Made by a program: the position numbers and the translations under genes
Shown: in pieces, positions 36,344-42,087 of the stretch
How positions within the stretch are numbered: the first letter of the stretch is position 1
Layout of the letters: every line of letters begins with the position of its first letter
Virus record (IMG/VR): IMGVR_UViG_2565956712_000007
Length of the DNA stretch: 42,087 bases
Origin: a virus
Taxonomy: Duplodnaviria; Heunggongvirae; Uroviricota; Caudoviricetes
Strand: one strand, 5' to 3'
Notes under the pieces: generated by a model
What the model saw: only the letters and a program-made list of their open reading frames with translations
The model's database searches: none
What the model was told of the DNA's origin: nothing

Positions 36344-36928
36344 ATGAAAAGTATCCAGGACGTCCGCAGGCAAAATCTCAACGACTTGATCGACCGTGAA
36401 TTCAATGGTGTTCAGACGCGGATGGCTGAAAAACTTGGAACTCAGGCAAATCTGGTAAACCGCTGGGCTCTTGGTAAGAAGGTTATCGGCGATCAGGTTG
36501 CGCGAAAAATTGAAGCTGCCGCCAATAAACCCCGTAACTGGCTTGATATCGATCGCTCGCTTTCTCAGGAAGGTTTTCAGCCTGTCGGCCCAAGCGACAT
36601 TGGCCAGCTGGCGGCTCACAACCTGGAACGCTGGATGAGCGAAAGCCGCGACCTTTCAACACAGGGAAAACTTCACCGCGCATCCGGCGTCGCCCAGGTG
36701 ACAATCAGCCGCCTGTTAAACAATGAGGTCAGCGTTTCCATTTCCACCCTGGAGAATGTTGCATCCGCATTCGGGCGTCACGGCTATGAATTACTGATTC
36801 ACCCGCACGACCCTGCGACCATCAACTATGATCGCTCGCGCTACGCATTGTTACCCGAAACCGAGAAAGCAAAGATCGAAAGTTACATTGAATTTGTCAT
36901 CAACCAGAACGAAAAAAACAAACAATAA
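36344..36928 (+). CDS. Prophage repressor, cI-position, HTH (XRE-type) without recognisable S24 autocleavage domain
   Basis: HTH motif TRMAEKLGTQANLVNRWALGKK plus second HTH-like segment; flanked by OR-like and OL-like operator clusters. Confidence 0.7.
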   Translation: MKSIQDVRRQNLNDLIDREFNGVQTRMAEKLGTQANLVNRWALGKKVIGDQVARKIEAAANKPRNWLDIDRSLSQEGFQPVGPSDIGQLAAHNLERWMSESRDLSTQGKLHRASGVAQVTISRLLNNEVSVSISTLENVASAFGRHGYELLIHPHDPATINYDRSRYALLPETEKAKIESYIEFVINQNEKNKQ

Positions 36929-36950
36929 AACCATATTTTTCAGTAAGTAA

Positions 36951-36972
36951 GCCGCCTTATGGCGGCTTTTTT
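36951..36972 (+). terminator. Intrinsic terminator GCCGCC-TTAT-GGCGGC + T6
   Basis: Perfect stem and T-run after the repressor gene. Confidence 0.85.
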
Positions 36973-36984
36973 ATTGCCTATTCG

Positions 36985-37063
36985 ATTACCTAACGGGTAA
37001 TTTTTTTAACTCATATCTATTGACATCAAACCATATACGCATAATTATTACCTCAACGGTAAC
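36985..37063. promoter_or_regulatory. OL/pL-like region: two 17-bp operators (36985-37001, 37047-37063) flanking a TTGACA -35 hexamer (37020-37025)
   Basis: ATTACC-TAACG-GGTAAT and ATTACC-TCAAC-GGTAAC; promoter points into the early-left operon. Confidence 0.65.
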
Positions 37064-37081
37064 AGACCGAGGTAACAAGTT

Positions 37082-37234
37082 ATGCAGTGGAAAATCATCA
37101 ACGGTTGGTACTGCGTTACTGCATGCGGATTCATGAGCTGGAAGTTCCGCACCTTACAGGAAGGCATTAAGTGGGCTTTCGTCAGCAAAGAAGCTCGCGA
37201 TGTGGCCAACGATAACGAGATATGGGAGGGCTGA
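37082..37234 (+). CDS. Small Trp-rich ORF (50 aa), first gene of early-left operon
   Basis: GAGGT RBS 8 nt upstream; not in track. Confidence 0.35.
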   Translation: MQWKIINGWYCVTACGFMSWKFRTLQEGIKWAFVSKEARDVANDNEIWEG

Positions 37235-37236
37235 TA

Positions 37237-37536
37237 ATGAACGTTAATCAGCAGAAAAATCTTCAAAAAATCATGCTGGCATTCGACAAGGACTACCGTC
37301 TGTCAGAACAGCTATATGACCGACAAGTTGAACTGATTGAGAGTATCCGGCTTCATCAACTGGCATCAACTTTCGACGTTGTAACAGTTAAAGGCGTTCG
37401 CCAGGAAGTACTGGAGGCCGCTAAAGACAGCCCTGAGTTCGAAGAACTAATGGATGCCTACCGGCGCGAGGCAATGGCAATTATCGCCCGCTGGGATCTG
37501 GCTGATCAGCTTGATGGGCAGAGGGACGCGGCATGA
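37237..37536 (+). CDS. Hypothetical early protein (99 aa)
   Basis: GGAGGG RBS 7 nt before ATG. Confidence 0.55.
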   Translation: MNVNQQKNLQKIMLAFDKDYRLSEQLYDRQVELIESIRLHQLASTFDVVTVKGVRQEVLEAAKDSPEFEELMDAYRREAMAIIARWDLADQLDGQRDAA

Positions 37537-38354
37537 AACCGGGAATTTATTTCGACATCAGCAACGAAGACTACCACGCCGGTGACGGCGTGAGTAAGTC
37601 GCAACTGGACATGGTTGCCAAGAATCCGGCGCTTCTTAAATGGGTTCAGGCAGCACCAGAAGACGAAGAGAAAAAGTCTGCACTGGATATGGGAACCGCA
37701 TTGCACTGTCTGCTTCTGGAGCCTGGAGAGTTCGACAAACGCTTCATTGTTTCACCGAAATTCGATCGTCGGACGAAACAAGGTAAAGCTGACGAAGAGG
37801 AATTTCTTCGTGATGTGGCGGATATGGGGATTACGGTACTTGATGCCGAGCAGTGGCGGAAACTGGAGCTGATGCGTGATAGCGCAATGGCTCACCCGGC
37901 GGCACGCTGGATGCTGGAAGCACCTGGTTACTGCGAAGCATCAATGTACTGGAACGATGAAGAGACGGGGGAGTTGTGCCGAATTCGTCCAGACAAATGG
38001 CTGAACGAGCACAACGTGATCGTCGACGTGAAAAAGGTTGCAGATATGGACCGTTTTGCACGCCACATCGAGGAATTCCGCTACCACGTGCAGGACGCAA
38101 TGTACCGCGAAGGCGCAATGAGGGTTACTGGTCAGCCGCATGGTTTTTTCTTTCTTGCCGTGAGCGAAAGCATTGATTGTGGTCGGTATCCGGTACGCGT
38201 GTTCGAGCTGGATGCGCAGGATGTCGATGCCGGGCACGCTCTGTTCCGCCGGGATCTGAATACCTATCACGAATGCCGCATCAATGATGAATGGGGCGGT
38301 GTGGAAATCATTAAACGCCCTGAGTGGGCACGCAAACAGGATATGTACATATGA
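37533..38354 (+). CDS. PD-(D/E)XK exonuclease (recombination exonuclease partner)
   Basis: Motif IRPDKW...VIVDVKKV; ATGA-coupled to the annealing-protein gene. Confidence 0.7.
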   Translation: MKPGIYFDISNEDYHAGDGVSKSQLDMVAKNPALLKWVQAAPEDEEKKSALDMGTALHCLLLEPGEFDKRFIVSPKFDRRTKQGKADEEEFLRDVADMGITVLDAEQWRKLELMRDSAMAHPAARWMLEAPGYCEASMYWNDEETGELCRIRPDKWLNEHNVIVDVKKVADMDRFARHIEEFRYHVQDAMYREGAMRVTGQPHGFFFLAVSESIDCGRYPVRVFELDAQDVDAGHALFRRDLNTYHECRINDEWGGVEIIKRPEWARKQDMYI

Positions 38355-39292
38355 GCAACGACATCGCAAACATCAACGCACCAGTAGACACAGCAATCGC
38401 TGGAACTGCTGCAACTATTTTCAGCCCAGACGGCTTGAACCAACTGATGAAATTCGCCGAGGTAATGGCGCAAAGCCGCGTAACGGTACCGGCGCACCTC
38501 GCCGGGAAACCAGCTGATTGCATGGCCGTGGCAATGCAGGCTGCGCAGTGGGGAATGAACCCGTTTGCCGTGGCTCAGAAAACCCATGTTGTGAACGGCA
38601 CGCTAGGTTATGAAGCCCAATTAGTAAACGCAGTTATCTCAACGATGTCGCCAACAAAAGATCGCATCAACTACGAGTGGTTCGGGCCGTGGGAACGCGT
38701 GATCGGTAAGTTTGTTGAGAAAACATCCAAAAACGGCAATCCATATATCGCACCAGGCTGGACTCTAAAAGACGAAGAAGGCTGCGGTGTTCGCGTATGG
38801 GCAACCATGAAGGGCGAGGATCAACCTCGAGTGCTTGAGTTAATGCTGTCTCAAGCACAGGTAAGAAACTCCACACTTTGGGCCAGTGATCCGAAACAAC
38901 AACTCGCATACCTTGCGACAAAACGCTGGTCTCGCCTGCACTGTCCTGACGTAATCATGGGCGTCTACACCCCAGACGAATTACAGGAAACGGCACCGCG
39001 CGTTGAGCGAGACATTACTCCGCAAACGACCACTGCTGCGGGAATGAACAGTCTGATCAACGCTAAACCAGCGAAAAAGCCTGATGAGCAAACGCGTAAA
39101 TCGGACAGCCGTGATCCAGAAGAAATGCTGATGGCCTTTACCAGCGCAGCGATGAATTACAGCACTGTCTCCGAACTGGATAAGGCTTACAAATACATTG
39201 CACAAAAACTTTCAGATGATGACGAACTGCTGGCAAAAGCCACCGACGTTTACAGCGTTCGTCGGGAAGAATTAAACGAAACATCTATGTAA
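38351..39292 (+). CDS. RecT/Red-beta family single-strand annealing protein
   Basis: QWGMNPF...PKQQLAYLATKRWSRL pattern; paired with exonuclease. Confidence 0.75.
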   Translation: MSNDIANINAPVDTAIAGTAATIFSPDGLNQLMKFAEVMAQSRVTVPAHLAGKPADCMAVAMQAAQWGMNPFAVAQKTHVVNGTLGYEAQLVNAVISTMSPTKDRINYEWFGPWERVIGKFVEKTSKNGNPYIAPGWTLKDEEGCGVRVWATMKGEDQPRVLELMLSQAQVRNSTLWASDPKQQLAYLATKRWSRLHCPDVIMGVYTPDELQETAPRVERDITPQTTTAAGMNSLINAKPAKKPDEQTRKSDSRDPEEMLMAFTSAAMNYSTVSELDKAYKYIAQKLSDDDELLAKATDVYSVRREELNETSM

Positions 39293-39341
39293 CCACCACC
39301 GCGGCGCCACGCGCGCCGCACTGCAACCAAGAGAGGTATTT

Positions 39342-39590
39342 ATGAAAGGTGCATTAGGTAAGAAGGAACTCCTGGCGGTGGTTCCACTGTCATGGAGCAC
39401 TATCGACCGTATGGAGCGCGCAGGGGAATTTCCTAAACGCTGGTATATCACCGATAAACGCTGCGCATGGAACCGTGATGAAGTTGAGCGTTGGCTTGAT
39501 GAACGTCAGGCAGCAAGCCCGGCAGAGTTCCAGGGTAAAAAACCTCCTGTTCAGCAACGTGTATATCGTCCCGTGAGCAACGCGGCATGA
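39342..39590 (+). CDS. AlpA-like excisionase / prophage regulatory protein
   Basis: PLSWSTIDRMERAGEFPKRWY...WNRDEVERWL matches AlpA/Xis-type HTH. Confidence 0.65.
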   Translation: MKGALGKKELLAVVPLSWSTIDRMERAGEFPKRWYITDKRCAWNRDEVERWLDERQAASPAEFQGKKPPVQQRVYRPVSNAA

Positions 39591-39699
39591 GTGTGCTGCT
39601 AAGGCACTGGAGCAAATGGTCAGGATGGTACTTATTCCTGGCCTCTGTTTCAGCATGGCTTTATCTGCTGGCATTAATTTTCAGAGAGGGTTGGATTAA

Positions 39700-39999
39700 G
39701 TGAGAAAGTTAAGCCGACTTGAAAAATATCACATGAACAAGGTTTCAATGCGCAGTCCGTCAAAGATTGTCGCCGTTACTCCTGCGGCGATAGAGATCGA
39801 AAAACGCGCGATTGAAAGAGAGAAAAAAGGGCAGTTCCGCATTGCCGCTCACCTTTGGCTTCAGTGTATGGATGTTGCTTCTGGTGATGTTGAGCGTGCA
39901 AGGATCGCGGTTCGCAGGGACCAATGTATCACAAAAGGTAACGGCCTTCGCCGTGGCGACTATAGCGGCATAGGATGTTGTGGGGTGGTTTATGACTAA
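39700..39999 (+). CDS. Hypothetical protein
   Basis: ORF only; start uncertain. Confidence 0.4.
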   Translation: MRKLSRLEKYHMNKVSMRSPSKIVAVTPAAIEIEKRAIEREKKGQFRIAAHLWLQCMDVASGDVERARIAVRRDQCITKGNGLRRGDYSGIGCCGVVYD

Positions 40000-40642
40000 G
40001 AAATACACACTAATCTATGCAGATCCACCCTGGGTATACCGGGACAAAGCCGCAGATGGTAATCGCGGTGCCGGTTTTAAATATCCGGTTATGAGTGTGC
40101 TGGATATCTGCCGCCTTCCTGTGTGGGATTTGGCCGATGAAAACTGTCTGTTGGCCATGTGGTGGGTGCCAACACAACCACTCGAAGCACTAAAAGTTGT
40201 TGAGGCCTGGGGATTCCGTCTGATGACCATGAAGGGATTCACGTGGATAAAATGTGGTAGTCGACAACCAGATAAACTGGTTATGGGTATGGGTCACATG
40301 ACTCGCGCCAATAGTGAAGATTGCCTGTTTGCAGTAAAGGGAAAACTACCTACGCGCATTAATGCAGGGATCGTTCAGTCATTTACCGCACCGCGGCTTG
40401 AGCATTCAAGAAAACCAGATATCGTTCGTGAAAAACTTGTGCAATTGTTAGGCGATGTTTCTCGCATTGAACTGTTCGCCCGCCAGTCGTCTCATGGTTT
40501 CGATGTTTGGGGTAATCAGTGCGAAGACCCGGCAGTGCAACTACACCCTGGATACGCGTTGGATATTGCCAGATTAACAAATGCATTCAGCAATGCTCCG
40601 CTGTCACCAACAGACAACCAGGGGCGGGAGCGTGCAGCATGA
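39992..40642 (+). CDS. MT-A70 family DNA N6-adenine methyltransferase
   Basis: Catalytic DPPW motif in LIYADPPWVY; start ATG 39992 or GTG 39980. Confidence 0.8.
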   Translation: MTKKYTLIYADPPWVYRDKAADGNRGAGFKYPVMSVLDICRLPVWDLADENCLLAMWWVPTQPLEALKVVEAWGFRLMTMKGFTWIKCGSRQPDKLVMGMGHMTRANSEDCLFAVKGKLPTRINAGIVQSFTAPRLEHSRKPDIVREKLVQLLGDVSRIELFARQSSHGFDVWGNQCEDPAVQLHPGYALDIARLTNAFSNAPLSPTDNQGRERAA

Positions 40643-40833
40643 ACAGGGCATCACCATCAGATTTAAGGAAATGCCTTGAAACTGCAAACATGCTTGCACA
40701 CAGCGGGATCAGGTTTGTTCCAATTCCCGCTGTCACTGATGCTGAATTTGCAACACTGTCAGCAATATTCACAGATAAAATTGAATCACTGGCAGCAGAA
40801 GCCGAGATGGAAGAAAATCAGCAGAATAATTAA
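40639..40833 (+). CDS. Small hypothetical protein (64 aa), ATGA-coupled to the methylase
   Basis: Start overlaps methylase stop. Confidence 0.45.
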   Translation: MNRASPSDLRKCLETANMLAHSGIRFVPIPAVTDAEFATLSAIFTDKIESLAAEAEMEENQQNN

Positions 40834-40836
40834 ACG

Positions 40837-42087
40837 TTATTCCCCCGCCATCCACTTCTCAAACTTCGACGGGGAGAACGGAATCAGATCCGTATGCTCC
40901 CCGTTAATCCAGGAATCAATCATATCGGCCCACTGCTGCAACATGTAGGCGCGCTGTCTGGCGTATTCCGCTTTGTTATATACGGCGCGCACACCTTTCT
41001 GCTCATGTGCCAGAGCCTTTTCAATCCAGTCTGAAGGATAACCAGCCTCATGCAACAACGTACTGGCTGTACGGCGCATATCGTGTACGGTGAAATCCTG
41101 AATATGCTCACCATCTTCATTTATTATTTTCACCGTTCTGTCGATCAGAGAGTTCAGCGCGGCATTAGATAATGGCTTCCGGAAATTGTAACGACCAGGA
41201 ACCAGATATTCACTTCCACCAGCGCACATCTGCAACCCGACCAATATATCCTGAGCCTGTTTAGGCAGGTAAATAACATGCGCCCGGCTTCCCTTCATGC
41301 GGTCTGAAGGAATTGTCCATGTCCATTTTTTAAAATCTATTTCATCCCACGTTGCATTGGTGAATTCGCCCTTACGAACCATAGTGATAAGCACCAGTTT
41401 TAAAGCCATTTTCATAGTGCCCATAGCACCAATGGCATCCAACGTGCGGAAGAACAGGCCAATTTCTTCTGGTGTCAGTGTTCGCTCTCGTGGTTTAAAT
41501 ATGGCGATAGACGAAGGCTTAATGTCAGCCGCAGGATTAAACAAACCATGACCACGGTCATTGGCGTGACGGTATACGCTGCTGATGATCTCCCTGGCCT
41601 GCACTGCTGTTGCCCGGCCACCGCGTTCGACAATCCGGTCACACAAATCACGAACCATCGATGTGGTAATTTCAGCCATCATTTTGTTGCCAAGAACCGG
41701 AAGTATGTCACGGTCGATCACTGCCTGCTTCATTGCGCGGGTACTTTCAGCCAGGATGACGTGTTTCATATAACTGTCGGTATGTACCGCAAACGTTTCG
41801 GCACCACGAATCTTTTTGATACCGTCACGTTTAGCCGCAGCCGGTGACTGGCCTGCTTTAAGCAGCTTCTTTGCAGCAATCAGTTCTTCCCGCGCTTCTG
41901 CCAGGCTGATACCGTCACGCCCATACTGCCCGATTACCAGTGTTTCGCGGCGACCGTTGATACGGTAGTCATAACGAAATGAGACCGTGCCTGACGTAAG
42001 CACAGCTACATACAGCCCGTCACGATCGGAGACCTTGTACAGTTTGTCCTGCGGCTTGAGGTTTTTTAATTTTGTATCGGTAAGCAC
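40837..42087 (-). CDS. Tyrosine integrase (P4-type); GTG start at window edge, may be truncated
   Basis: C-terminal catalytic residues HDMRRT...LAH...Y; N-terminal arm-binding-like domain. Confidence 0.9.
   Translation of the reverse strand: MLTDTKLKNLKPQDKLYKVSDRDGLYVAVLTSGTVSFRYDYRINGRRETLVIGQYGRDGISLAEAREELIAAKKLLKAGQSPAAAKRDGIKKIRGAETFAVHTDSYMKHVILAESTRAMKQAVIDRDILPVLGNKMMAEITTSMVRDLCDRIVERGGRATAVQAREIISSVYRHANDRGHGLFNPAADIKPSSIAIFKPRERTLTPEEIGLFFRTLDAIGAMGTMKMALKLVLITMVRKGEFTNATWDEIDFKKWTWTIPSDRMKGSRAHVIYLPKQAQDILVGLQMCAGGSEYLVPGRYNFRKPLSNAALNSLIDRTVKIINEDGEHIQDFTVHDMRRTASTLLHEAGYPSDWIEKALAHEQKGVRAVYNKAEYARQRAYMLQQWADMIDSWINGEHTDLIPFSPSKFEKWMAGE

Noticed and set aside
36296-36619. 107-aa minus-strand ORF
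   Set aside because: Fully antisense to the HTH repressor gene, no RBS.
36344-36928. LexA-like autocleaving (S24) repressor
   Set aside because: No Ala-Gly / Ser...Lys peptidase signature seen in the C-terminal half; this is by eye and should be confirmed with an HMM.
1-42087. CRISPR array or transposase/IS element
   Set aside because: No regularly spaced short direct repeats and no transposase-like ORF or terminal inverted repeats; the only tandem repeats are the replication iterons.

Overview
Almost the whole window (about 1.2 kb to the right edge) reads as one integrated prophage. All calls rest on reading the ORF translations and the DNA by eye; no database search or folding was run, so family assignments are motif-level recognition. 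Right to left on the minus strand: a tyrosine integrase at the window edge, a plus-strand early-left operon (MT-A70 adenine methylase, AlpA-like regulator, RecT/Red-beta annealing protein with a PD-(D/E)XK exonuclease), a lambda-like immunity region (cI-like HTH repressor without a recognisable autocleavage domain, divergent Cro-like gene, clustered 17-bp operators), O-like initiator with in-gene iterons and lambda P-like helicase loader, a nin-like block, then a long minus-strand late operon (terminases, portal, scaffold, capsid, tail tube and large internal virion proteins), a P22 immI-like arc/mnt/ant island, a tailspike and a lysis cassette. The most interesting signals are: a LexA-box-controlled 85-aa protein that shares a C-terminal module with two convergent antirepressor genes; a 17-bp ATTACC-N5-GGTAAT operator family (14 copies) spread across the prophage, not just the immunity region; near-identical inverted 234-bp repeats flanking an AT-rich two-gene cassette; a 12-bp perfect palindrome found three times, each next to an intrinsic terminator; and a tRNA-Arg(UCU) plus moron inserted antisense between terminase and portal. 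The left 1.1 kb may be host or cargo; attachment sites were not identified.
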